Notes under the pieces: generated by a model
The model's database searches: none
Seen by the model: the letters and a program-made list of their open reading frames with translations, nothing else
What the model was told of the DNA's origin: nothing
Source of the DNA: Blasia pusilla
Taxonomy: Eukaryota
DNA: 64,000 bases
Assembly (NCBI GenBank): GCA_050084515.1
Contig: CM114271.1
Coordinates: 37,510,001 to 37,574,000 of the forward strand
Direction of reading: 5' to 3'
Shown: one piece after another, positions 1-12,300 of the stretch
How positions within the stretch are numbered: the first letter of the stretch is position 1
Layout: the number at the start of each line of letters is the position of its first letter
Program-made: the position numbers and the translations under genes

Positions 1-53
1 CTTCATGACTTACAATAGACGAAGAGTTTTTTTTTTTGGTTTTTTGTGTGCAG

Positions 54-3000
54 AAAGCACCTCCAGAGCTTGTTCAACGTGCACATGATGTCACCTTTGC
101 CCGGGTCATCAACATAGTGCTCCAGAGTGATGATAATAGTGAATTGCAAGTAAGGAAGGAGTCAACAATTAAATGTTCTGTTGATTTATTTGTCTTTAAT
201 CCTGTGTATTCAAGCTTATCAGTGGATGTGTTCTTGTGTTTTCTCTGAGATATTTTTAATCAGCTATGTGTGTGGTTCCCTATGATTGTCAAGCAATGAT
301 ACAGAAGCTGTTGGTGAATTGTGATCATTTCTGATCTTAAATTTCTTGGAATTAACAGTGGTTTGTTTCTAAATCCAGAATGCAACAGAGTCCTTGTCTG
401 CCTTTGTTCGTGAAGGGGGTGAGGCCTTACTCAGCTGGGGTGGTGATGCAAGTCGCACTATGGGGATGCTTCTAGATGCAGCTGCCAGGTAGACACTTCC
501 TCATCAGGACCTAGTTTCACCAGCAGTCCTCAGGATACGATTTGTACATTTCAGATTTGAGAAGAGGTTCCTTCAGATCAAGCACTCCTACTTCTTGACA
601 TTGATTGAGAGTGAGTGTCTAATTGCCGATGTCATGTACATCTTCACACTAGCAGCACTATTACGGCCTAGTGATGGCATGAATGCTGTGATATGAGCGA
701 ATGCACTGCACAATGATCTTGGAGTCAAATTCTGAGGTTCATCAATAGACCAATAACTGTGACACTCATAGATTGATCAAAGCTTTTGCAGAACAAATGT
801 CTGAACTTCAAGAACTGGCGGATGCTTTTTGAGGGAGTTGGGATTCCCTAAGATTCCCCTTGTTTGTTACATACAAAGATTAGCATGGCTTAGCCGGTTA
901 GACATTTCTGCTAATGCACTGTAAAGGAAGTACTTGCATAAGTGCTGAAGGTTATGAGTTTGACTGCAGGCTGCTCAACCCTGATTTAGAGAGCTCTTCT
1001 GCTCTCTTTGTTGGTGGTTTTGTCACGGCGTTGATTCTATACCTTTCATCAATGATGGCACCCCATTTCAGGCAACTGATGACTGCTCTGCTTGCTCGCA
1101 TGCGAAGTACTGAAATGACAGCCTTGAAGACATCAATTTTGCTGGTTATTGCGAGACTGGTCAGTTTTACTGCATTTTGGACAGCTTGCAATCTATGTAC
1201 TATTTGCTTTATGCATAAGTAATGACTCTAACCACTACTTAAGTTGGATAACTTCAACTTTCAGCCTGTCACATGAACTGATACAATAAATCCCTATTAG
1301 CTTTCCTGATGTCAACAGTGTGGAGAGGGACATGAAGCTGTACACGGATCCCAAGTATCCAATACTTGACATTTTGAGTTGAACAATTTTTTTGCAGTAT
1401 TTTAAGAAATCAATAGAGAAAATGAGGCACCACATGGCTCGGAAGCTTGTTTAATGGATGTTTTGATGAAATAATCTCGACAGGTGCATATGAGTACACC
1501 AAATATAGGTCAATTTGTTGAGACCATGGCAACCCTGACAGTTGATTATAGTGCTTTGGAGTATCTGATGTCAGAATGGACAAGACTCCAAGGTTAGTAA
1601 CACATGCCTTCCATGTGTAGTGTCCATCAATGTTTGATTCTGAAGTTTGGGCAAATGTTTAATTCTGAAGTTTGTGCTTCAAGTATATTCCCAGATGGCC
1701 ATTTTTAGGAGGGTGTAAAGAGTAATCATGTAGGTCTGCCCTTCTTTGATCATTGTAGGGGACATTCAAGGATCGTACCAAATCAAAGTGAGCACTACTG
1801 CTTTAGCCTTACTACTGGCTTCAGGGCATCCTCAGCTTGCGAACATCTTCGTTCAAGGACACTTAATGGTTGATTCTCAAACAGCTTGATAAAATTCATC
1901 CATTTTGATTTTATGTATAATGCTTGTGAGTTGTTAGTTTACACTAGGCAGATTTTCTTTCAAAATAGTCTTATCGTTGATTTTTAGTAATATTGTCCAT
2001 TAATGAGTACAGGGTTATGCAGCACTTTAATATTTAAAATGTATTCGTTTTTCAGTCATCTGCAACTGGAGTTGTAACTCGATCTCGAGCCAAAACCATT
2101 CCCAATCAATGGACAACAATGCCTCTGCCTGCTAAGGTTTGGGCTTTGTATAAGGAGCAATTGTTAAGCGAGGTTGCGTTCACTTATCTAATAAGGATGG
2201 TTTCCAGGGTTGAAATTACCATGCCCTTGACTTTTTTTTGGTCAACAATGGTTTGTGCTGTGATGTCGGATGTAAGTGTGGATACAAAATAATCTCCTAA
2301 GACACTGTGGTATACAGCTATTGTCATTGCTTGCAGATGCCCTCCTTGAGATCCAAGAGCAAGTAGCAGTCGTGCCTGATGAGGTGTGTGTTGAGAACTG
2401 GAGAAGTTTCAGAACCTCCTAAGATTTCTGTTTCGATGCATTTGCTTCCACTCTTGATGAATGGGTGTTGTGAAATTGCATGCTCTGATCAAAATACTCG
2501 CTGCTTGCCAGGAGGATGAATGGGAGGAGATTGAAGAGGATGATGATGAACAGAAATCAGTTCGATCCTTACCAACACAGGAAAACGAAAAATCAGTTTT
2601 CAAAGCTCTTGATGACATGCAACATCTGCTACAGGAAGATGTAAGATGGAGAAAAAGATCATTTTCTTCTTCTCCTTTCATTGTTCACAATCAAGTTCCC
2701 TACTATAATATTGGTATAAGTACTAAGAGCTTCCACTAGCTAGCACTCTTTAATCTGAAGCATTTGGAGCTATAATATAGTTAGAACCAAACGGGGTGTG
2801 TTTCACAAACTTCGACTGAACTGCAGTCTACAAGTAGACTAGAATTTTGTGACAACTTTGGTCTCTTGTCACAGATCGAAGATGGGGACTATCAAGAGGA
2901 TCCTCTCGCAGCCACAGATCCACTTAATCAGGTAGTGCCTCTTCTTATTCACTATTCACAATTGCTCATAATTTTGTCCTAGTTTGCAAAAGCTTATAAA

Positions 3001-3430
3001 TGGGAGATTGCCCAAATTCTATGATGGAAGGTTATATGATATTTTATCTTGTTCTTGTGGAAATCTGTTTCAGATCAATCTTTCAGTGTATTTATCCAAC
3101 TTCATGAAGCAGTTCACAGACAAAGACCAGGCAACATTTGAACGTCTCTTCCAGGTGGAGGTCCCATATTTATAACTTCTTGAGATTTGTAAAGGTTGAT
3201 CTTGCAATCTGAGAGGGTCTTCCTGCTCCATGATGTATGCTATCGGTGTTAAAGCCAGGAGTCTGAAATAAAGGCTAGGAATGCTCCTGAGAGGTCTAGC
3301 TAGCAGTGACTGGGGATAATCATGCTAAGCAAGCCTTTGCCAAAGGGCTTTGAATTTGACTGTTCCGTGCTGATCTTGGCAGGAATTGACTGCTCGTCAA
3401 AAGGCTGCTGTGCAAGCTGCCTTAGCCTGA
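54..3430 (+). CDS. IPO9: Importin-9 (importin-beta family), last 11 exons; the 5' part lies outside the window
   Basis: GT-AG exons join in frame: 54-149, 379-488, 970-1159, 1484-1592, 1759-1868, 2056-2136, 2318-2383, 2512-2640, 2875-2931, 3074-3154, 3383-3430 (TGA). Peptides LQSDDNSELQNATESL, LMSEWTRLQGDIQGSYQIKVSTTALALLL, VVTRSRAK..QWT.MPLPAK, the acidic loop EDEWEEIEEDDDE and EDPLAATDPLNQINL match the importin-9 C-terminus. Confidence 0.92.
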
Positions 3431-4111
3431 TCATCAACTACAATTGTGGCTCAGGATATCCTCTTTTTTTCTCGGCTGAAAGGGAAACATTTGCGGATGT
3501 TTCTTAAGAGATACTGCAGATACGCGCTGCAATAATCTGAGTGGGGTGTGTTGAGGATAACATCCATCCTTTACTGTTGTCTGGAACCTATACTTGGTAG
3601 TACCGGAATCTTAATCTTGGGGGGCCCAACACAACAGCTTCTATTGCTCGTTGAGGGGGGCAAAAATGAGTGGGCCATGTCTGTATCATGATGAATGGAA
3701 AAAATTGTCTTTACAGCGCTGAATTTTAGTGTTGGAAAATGAACTCTCAAATTATTGTACCCTCTTTCCTTTTTATGTTGAAGACCAGAGTCGACTCGGG
3801 TCTTCAACAAAAAAATCAGAAGGATCTCAGTCATTTGTTGCAGTGATTCTACAGGGTGCTGAATTTGCCAGTGCCCGAAATCGTGGTTGACAGACTCATG
3901 CATTTGACAGTGAAGAACAAGAAGAGGGGAAAGAGAGTTTAACTCCCTTTTACACAGCAGATGTAATTACGGAAACTTTTTGTAGCTCTTTTGATGGTGA
4001 AGAGAGAAGAAAAAGGGGAGGACAGGGAAAACGTCACAGAATACTCGATTGACTGCATCAGAATGTACTGGTCTTCTTTATTATCGGATGGTACCACGAG
4101 TTTTTTAATTA

Positions 4112-5230
4112 TCATTGGAAAAAATTAGGCAGCCGTGGGCTGTCCATGGGATCCTGCCCTAAGGAGTTCATGTAGAAGCCTTGCGATCTTAAGGTCCGTC
4201 GCCCTGACCAGGGACTAGAGACTGGGATGTGTGCAGAGAGGGAGTGGTGGTGGTGAAGAAAGTAGATAGGAGGGAGGCTATCACAGATAGTCAGTGCTGA
4301 CTGGTTATCAACAAATAAGCTCTTTATTAGTACATTCTCTGCACACTCAACCGCAGCAGCTCCGGGCAATCGATCTAAGCTCCTGGATGGATGAACTGCA
4401 GCGGTGTAATCAGCTGAGCAATATAATCGTAGGCCGTTGCCCTTCCTGTTTTGAGTGGAGGTTGGACGCACTGCAGAGAAGTGCAGAGTCTCAGAAAATA
4501 GTTCTCTCAAGGCCAACCCTAGTCGAATCCCACAATGTCGTGTCGGTGAGGAGAAACTTCGTGCCCGGCCAGTTGCTGGAGCTCGTCCCGACCATAAACT
4601 TCGTGCCCAGCCGTCATTTTGGTGGCAAATCACGCGAGAGATAAAGACGTGAGACCCTGAGAATCCCGCACATGTTGTCCGCGCGCTCCAACTCTGAACG
4701 CAAATGCTCAACTCTCGGCCTCCCTAAGCCCTCTTAGACTTCTGCCGAGTCGACATCCACGTAAAACCGTCTAGTAGTCTTGGAGGTACCCTGTGGAGCA
4801 CTTTTAAGTTGAGGTGCGGCAGAATCGACTGGCCACAGGAATTCGCGCCTCCCGAGGTGATGACAGCAAAGCCGGAACTGCTCCGTGTGCCCGTTGATTG
4901 GCGTCCAGCCATTAGACGAACGGAACTATTCATCACGTCAATGGGAGTCCAACGACTGGAGAAATGGAACGTGGTTCAGACGTTCAGACCAGAGTCTCCA
5001 AACTCTCGAGTCTGACGACGTAGTGAGACAGTAGCTTCATGAATTGCCATCCGTACATCAAAACTCTGCTATTCTGCATGCCGAAGGGGACGATTATTAT
5101 ACAGTTCGTACGAACAACAGTCCAGGGCAGATCCCATGCGACTCTTCTTGGGGTCTCCCAGGAAATTCTTTCCGGGTGGAACCCCCGACAGGACCACACC
5201 GCCAGCGGTTTTCATAAGAGTCGGCACCAT
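4112..5230 (-). CDS. Candidate orphan three-exon gene (~288 aa), no recognised family
   Basis: ATG at 5230; exons 5230-5112, 4955-4790 and 4693-4112 join in frame through GT-AG introns (acceptors ttccatttctccag and tttgcgttcag). The region is GC-rich. I recognise no domain. Confidence 0.3.
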
Positions 5231-7351
5231 CCAACAACGACAGGCGGAAAGTTTGGGCTTGAGCCCCCACCGGCACGGCCGGTTTCTTCTAATTTACACT
5301 CGACGTAGCAGGTTTGGGAGGGTGCTTCGGCAAGGACGCAGCCCTCGACGGCGTCCAAATATCTAACGACCAGTGGAAAATCTTGACGCCGACCAAAACT
5401 TGACGACTTTGAGTACTTCCATTCAGTTCAGTGTGGAGGGCGAGACGCTTAAGCATATGGCAATTACATGGTGTGACTACGAAGGAGATTCCTGGTATGA
5501 TATTTCTTATTTATAACAAGGTATTTAAAAATAAAAATGTGTTCGAAGAGTTATTTTAGTAAAAGTTAACAAATTTTGTTAATTAATATCGCACACAAAT
5601 TCAAATTATTTTTAATTCAATTTTTTCTCTAAATATAACATGCGAATTAATATATTTGTTTTTAAAAATGATTATACTTTTTATTTCAAAAAATTTAATC
5701 ATGATTTCTATTTTATAAAATCATAGAAGAATAATAACATTCCATTGTTCTTAGTAATTATAATTTTCCATTCAAATTTAAATGATGTCCATACACACTA
5801 AATAATTTTATCTTTCCATAAATTTTAAACAAAATCTATTCTTCCATTAAATATTTATTCCTTTCCCCATCAAATATTATTAGAGATAAAACTGTAAAAT
5901 TGTAGTTATTTATCATATTGATATCATCCATTCGAATATTACATTTATTTTTAATTGATTAATATATATTCCATTTTTTATATTATCTCACTATATAATA
6001 TTTTGCATATGTGATCGCCAATTATTATATAAATAAATACTTTTATATCACATCTCTTTTGACATATGTCTTTTTAAACCAATAAATCTCTAATAACTAT
6101 TACGTGTACGAGTACATGCAAAAGTTCCACCGACTGGTTAAATATATTGACAGCATTCGGGGAATCTCTAGAGTATTGTTACGTTGGAGTGAGGGACGGT
6201 CTAAGATTTACGAGAAATGAATTTTGGAACATCTGCCGTATCTGCCTTGGAAGAGGACATCAGCCGATGATGACGTATTCATTTTTTAATGCGGAAATTA
6301 ATCAAGTTCGCAATTTTGCTATGACGATTTATTAGCAGACGTAACGTGAAAACTTTTAGTTCTACTGCTCGTATTATTTTCAGTGTGAAGTTTTTGATTC
6401 AAACGGTAAACGACACCATCGGAGAAGGAAAGTTTTAATGAAGAAGATCATGAAATGTCTCATGTTATCCGAAAAAAATATTTCCTAATTAAAAATATAA
6501 TATAATTCCCCTGTAAAAATCACCCCGAGAAAGATATCTTCTTTGTTAATTTAACTTGAACTGTTATGTTGTCATATTAATTAAGGAGGAAACCAAAATA
6601 TATACGTGTCATCCGGGAGGGAAGGGTCCCAGACCCCATCCGCTTTTAATCACGTAAACTTCTCTTGACGTAGAACTGTAGAGTTCCTGAATAAGGACTT
6701 GAAAGGGTACGTTCCCGAGGACGGCACACAAGAGCCCCTCCCGCAGAGCGGCGGCGGCGGATCCGGCCGCTGCATGGATCCTCCGCCAGAAACTCCGCAT
6801 GGACGAAGAGCGACTGGTGGGGCCCGGCGCCTGACCGGCGTTTCGGTGAGTCGGGCGAGCCGGTGACCCAATCTGAGCTGCGTCAGACTCTTTGCTGATC
6901 GGAGACGGAGGATGGCGCGCCGGCCGGCCGCACGCGACGGAGCCGAGCGCGGTGCTGCTGATCGGGAAGAGGAGATGGATGCGCGAGCTTGCGAACCCCA
7001 GGGGAAGGAGAAGCGCGTGGATGTGTGTGTCCGCATGGCCGACCGTGGGACCAGCTGGACACGCGGACTTTTCGTCTTCCGGAGCCGATGAGTGGATGAC
7101 CCACAGAGAGAGAGAGAGAGAGACACGGACAAAGACAGAAAGCGAGGGATCTGATGAAAGGGAGGGAAACAGCCGAAGGATTCGGTGCAGGGGCCGTAAA
7201 ACGTAGAAGCCTGCAAGTCCGGAAGCAGGAAGGAAGGAGATATCGATTCTCCGCAAGTCGACTCACTCTTAGTCGGCATCCCGAATAGGTGAGTCGACTC
7301 GGCATCGTCGGCGGCGCGGACCGACATATACTTGCGGATCGGTTCGGAGAT

Positions 7352-7412
7352 GTAAGTAGTCATTCGAGCTTCGTCCGCAGAGCTGCGAGCGACGACACTC
7401 GGAGAGTTTCGT

Positions 7413-7448
<36 letters not shown>

Positions 7449-7452
7449 GCAG
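7352..7452 (+). other. Probable 5'UTR intron of the PME gene, containing a (GA)n tract
   Basis: GTAAGT donor at 7352; TGTGCAG acceptor ending at 7452, 15 nt before the ATG; (GA)n at about 7415-7444. Confidence 0.55.
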
Positions 7453-7467
7453 GTTCAGCAGGAGCTG

Positions 7468-9318
7468 ATGGCTAATGGTTACAGCAATGGAGTGCCCAAA
7501 TATGACGCCCCACCTTATTACCACAACGGGAGATCTAAGAGAAGGAGATGGTGCATAGTCGGGGGTGCCGTAGTGCTGCTGGTCATCGTCGTCTGCGCCA
7601 TCGCAATTCCGCTGTCGACGAAGAAGAACGGAGGAGATTCGGCGGCGCAGAGTGATCAGGGCACTGGCAACTTCCGTTTCAGCAACCTCGCGACCGCCTG
7701 CAATGAAACGCTCTACCCGTCGGTGTGTATGGATTCGCTTAGTAAGCTCCCGAACGCGAACGCTACGAACCCCAAGGATCTCGTGACGCTCGCCGTGACC
7801 GCCGCGATGAACGGCGTCTCCTCGGAGCTTTCCAGCATCCAGGAGCTCCTCAACAGCTCCACGAACGACCGTCTTCTGTCTGCAGCCGGTGCGGGGTGCG
7901 TGGACGATCTCATGGACTCGCTGGACACCATGAACCAGACCCTGGAGCGGATCCACGGTCTGAACCTGTCGAGTCTCCAGGACGACATGGACGACCTGCA
8001 GATGTGGATGAGCTCGGCCCTCACCCTGCAGCAGACGTGCGAGGACGATTTCGAAGTCCTCTCCGTGAACATAACCGGCCCCGTCGCCGAATTTCTGCAG
8101 CATGGCAACGACACCGAGAAGCTCCTGAGCAACGCTCTCGCCTTCATCACCACCATGAGGAGTGTCGCAGGAGACGCCCTCGGCCGCCGTCTCCTCCTCT
8201 CGGACGCGACGGACTGGGTGAGGCCCCTGCAGCGTCGCCTGCTGGCCAGCAATGGAGTCGCAGCGGATGTGGTCGTGGCCGCAGACGGTTCAGGTGACCA
8301 CAAATCCATTCAAGCCGCTGTCAATGCCGCTCCTCTCAAGAGCAGCACCCGGTACGTGATTCACATCAAGGCTGGCAGGTACAAGGAAATCGTCAACGTC
8401 CCCAAGAAAGCTTGGAACATTGTGTTCATCGGCGACGGAGCGAATGTCACTGTCATCACTGGAAACAGAAGCGTGATCGGCAATGGTGTCACAACTTCCA
8501 AGACCAGCATCCTGAGTAAGTTCCGTTTCCCAGCCTCGCGAGTCCTTTCATATCATTGAACCCTCGTTCCAATCTCCCCCCATCTGGAGAGCCTGTGCTG
8601 ATGATCGAGGTCGCGGGCCGAATGCGCAGCTGTTCAGGGCATGGGATTCATCGGACGCGATTTCGCGGTGGAGAACACGGCTGGAGCCGCCAACCATCAG
8701 GCAGTAGCCATGCGAGTCACGGGCGATTTCTCCGCTTTCTGGAGGTGCACGTTTCTGGGCTACCAGGATACGCTGTACACGCACTCGAATCGGCAATTTT
8801 ACAGAGACTGCACTGTCGTCGGCACTGTGGATTTCATCTTCGGAAATGCGGCGGTGCAGCTCCAAACGTCCAACATCCTCGCCACTGCGGGCCTCACAGC
8901 GCAGCCCGTGACTTACACGGCGCAGGGCCGCCTGGATCCCAACCAACCCACGGGCATCTCATTTCAGCGGTGCAATTTCGATGCAACCGCCTCATTCCTC
9001 CAGGAAGCTAGTCAGCACCAGGTGTTTCTAGGACGGCCGTGGAAGGTGTACTCGCGGACCGTCATCATGCAATCCACCTTGAGCAGCATAGTCCAGCCGG
9101 AGGGCTGGCTCACGTGGAACGGCGACAATAGCACCTTGGCTACAGTCTACTACGCAGAGTATCGGAATCAAGGTCCGGGTGCCGAGACCGCTCAGCGGGT
9201 GAAATGGTCACAGCAGATCACTAGTGCAAGCGACGCTTTGAAGTTCACTGCCAACGCTTTTATCGCGGCAGCTTCCTGGCTGCCTCAAACCAAAATCCTG
9301 TACGCGAGTGCGCTCTGA
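7468..9318 (+). CDS. Type I (group 2) pectin methylesterase: TM anchor + PMEI pro-domain + PME catalytic domain, 578 aa
   Basis: Exons 7468-8515 and 8630-9318. Hydrophobic stretch WCIVGGAVVLLVIVVCAIAIPL; PMEI cysteines (ACNETLYPSVC, WMSSALTLQQTC); two RRLL processing motifs; catalytic motifs GRYKE, QAVAMR, QDTLY, DFIFG and LGRPW all intact. Confidence 0.96.
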
Positions 9319-12300
9319 TGTACTCATGGCGCTGTGCAACGGCAGCGAAGTCCCAAGGAGACGGTTCGAGCAGATGGCGATCGAAAAATCCGGATTTGAT
9401 CTTTCTCAGAAAGCGAGCAGTGGAGACACTCCAATCGCAGATGTGAATCCAGCTGTCGATTTCGCGCCCGGCGAGAAAATTCAGTCGTTGAGTGAGTGGC
9501 GATTTCTTGACTGATGAGGGGGTCTGCACGTAAGGGTTTTGGAATCTGGGGATTATCTCTCTCGTAGGTTGAATGTCGCAGGCAGCTGACAACCAACTCT
9601 GGAAGTAGAGCCTCGCTCGGTCATGGAGTTGCACTTCACGGAGACGGTCGACCATGGGTGAGCGGACTCTGGCAGAGCGGCTAATGAGTGCGAATTCGAT
9701 GTCATGGATTCTCTCGAATTCGGCACCGAATCGCTCATTTGCTCGTTAAACGGAGCTGCGAGTTTCTTGGAACGTGCATGCGCAGACTGCACATGTGCGA
9801 CTGCGGCAGAATGTCGCAGCCGATCAGAATAGCGTCAGGGTTCTGTTTCAGTTTAGATGTGAGCACAGCATTTTTCAGCTCGGCCTTGAGAGCTGGTAGA
9901 TATTAAATTGAAACACTTTGTTCACCATGAACGCAGTGCAGTGATATATCAGCACCCGAACTCTGAACGTAGAGAGGACAGCTTTTGAGAAAGCTCTCGA
10001 AATGTAAAGTAGAGCAGTAAGAAGTAAAACCAGTTTCTACTTCGCGAGCAGACAGTATCGCGTCCCATGTCTCATTGGGCCACATCCCTAGAGCACCTCC
10101 CTAATGCGTTTTGAGACTCGCATGTCTCCTTGGGCCACATCCCTAGAGACTCGTGGTTCCTAACGTCCCCGATTTCGGTCGTGCAACGACGAAATCTTGT
10201 CACCAATTTTGAGCTGCGCCGTAGCGAGAGCTGACGTTTTCTCGCAACGGGTCTCCTGCGATGGAATAGGAATAGAGTGATTAGGTGGGAGTCCCGGGCT
10301 GCAAACATGACTCTAACTCACCCGCAGCGAGTGCGCTGAACGTACGAGGCTTGGGAATTCGGTCTCAAGCTGGACACGGCGAAATCTTCGAAAAACGACA
10401 GAAATGTGGCCCCGTGACTCGTCCGCACGCCCACCAGACGCCGACGAGAAGTGAGAAACGATGTGGTGGACTCCAGCCTCGCGCGAAATGCTAGCTGGCC
10501 CGGCCCTCCAGAAATGTCCGCACATCCTCTCTCCCCTCCAGGCTCCGCCGTTGACAAGTGCGGCAAAGCCCCAGCCTAAAGGTGAATCGTACGGGATGTG
10601 GAAAGCACCGAACCTGGAAACAGAGACAACGCAACGGGCCCGTCAATATGGATCCACCTGCACCAGTCTACGCTGTTTGCTCTATCTTCGTATCTACGAT
10701 GCTCGACCCAAATCTTGCCACTCGTTTCCCGACGCGAAGCCCCAACAATAAACAACCCTAAACCCTCCACAACCAAATTTATCGACGACGCGCCACACTA
10801 TAAAGCTCAGTACCCACGTTCTCAAATGTCGACGCAAAGCGTAGAGAAGAGCAACACATCGCCAGTGGCACTCACTGCCGCGCCTCGTATCACGCTGCGC
10901 CAGCAAAGGCGATGCCTCGTAAAGTCACAGCCTTCTTCTGGTTCCATCGTAAATCAAAATCTACTTAAAGTTTCCCGATTCGCCGTCGAGCCGCGCTATG
11001 ATCCGCCCGTCGCTGCGATGGCGGCGAAGAGTCAAGATCGCACCGCATCAGACGGTGCCGTCATCGGGCAGAGCGTATACACGTAACCCTAGGGCCCTGC
11101 TGCTCGTGAATCTCGGTCCCGGATGTCACGCCGTCCAGATATCGAAGCAGAAAGCATTAAATACAGCTGATGGACGATGCTGTTGTGACAGTGTTGTCAA
11201 CTAATATTCGATCGGTCCTCGTAGACCTTCGGATAGACCTATCATCCTCAGGACCAGTTCAACGAACTCTTGCGAGTCGGTGGAGGGAGGGCAGGGAAGG
11301 GTCAGGAGTTAGGCAGACGGCGCAAGGCATCGCCCCTTCCGACTGCAGACCATTTGCAACCCCATTTTTTCGTAACCGCGCTCTTCCCAATACAGTTCGA
11401 TCACTCCGGTTGTGTCGTGAGGCCATAACTTTGAGCGGTTGAGTCCGTGGCGCCTCTTGTGGTCCTGCTCTGCGGAAGGAGGTCGTCAAATTCACAAATG
11501 TCACAGATGGGAGGAAGTACAAGCGCAGGCACATTTGGAGGGCTGCAATTTCGCCGCAGGCAATCTCAGGAACAACAATTTCCGAAGAGAACTTGGACGA
11601 TACGGGCGAAAATTGTGGCGGCCATGGTTGTATAACCTATCGATGAAACCGTGCTCGCTTTCGGCGAGATCAATCGTCACAGTGTACGAGTGAATGCGCA
11701 CAAGCGACAAACTCTACTGTCGTGGTTACGCTCTTAGATCTGCAGGTGTCTCTCCTGCCATTCAAATCTGAACACTCTTCCGCCGCTAGGCGTCGAAGTT
11801 CTCCAACTCATCGAGATTGACGATCCCGGCGAGTGGCCGGGTGCCCTCGCCATCGCTGACACTCTCCCGCCGCTCGCCTCGTTATCTTCGTGCCGCAAGC
11901 TTTCATTGGACGCGACGAAATTCGTAAACTTCGAATGATCGGGCAAACGAAAGATCATGACCATTCTATCCGATCGCGGAGCGATCCCAAAAAATCAGCA
12001 TAAGATCGACAGAAAATGGAGACGAAAATGGAAAGTCTATTCCCGCCATCAGCAGCGGCCGCTTCTTCTTCCATCTCTTTATTGCGCGTGTAGTCCGCCA
12101 CAACTACATGTTTCGTCCCACTACTCCCATCAGGCGAGCGCTCAGCACCTTCGGGAAGAGAAGCCAATGCTGCAGATTCGACCGACGCACCGCGGGGCAT
12201 CGCGGCAGACAGATCCCAGTCCGGTCGTCTGTGCATTCGAATGCAAATTCGGAGCGCAGGACGGGTCCTCAAATCTCTGGACGGCGGCCGTTTCTCGTCG

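Noticed and set aside
6609..7363. Minus-strand ORFs of 215 and 237 aa upstream of PME
   Set aside because: GC-rich promoter/leader with few stops; low-complexity translation through a GA repeat.
7360..8946. Long antisense and alternative-frame ORFs over the PME gene
   Set aside because: Shadows of GC-rich coding sequence; no domain features.
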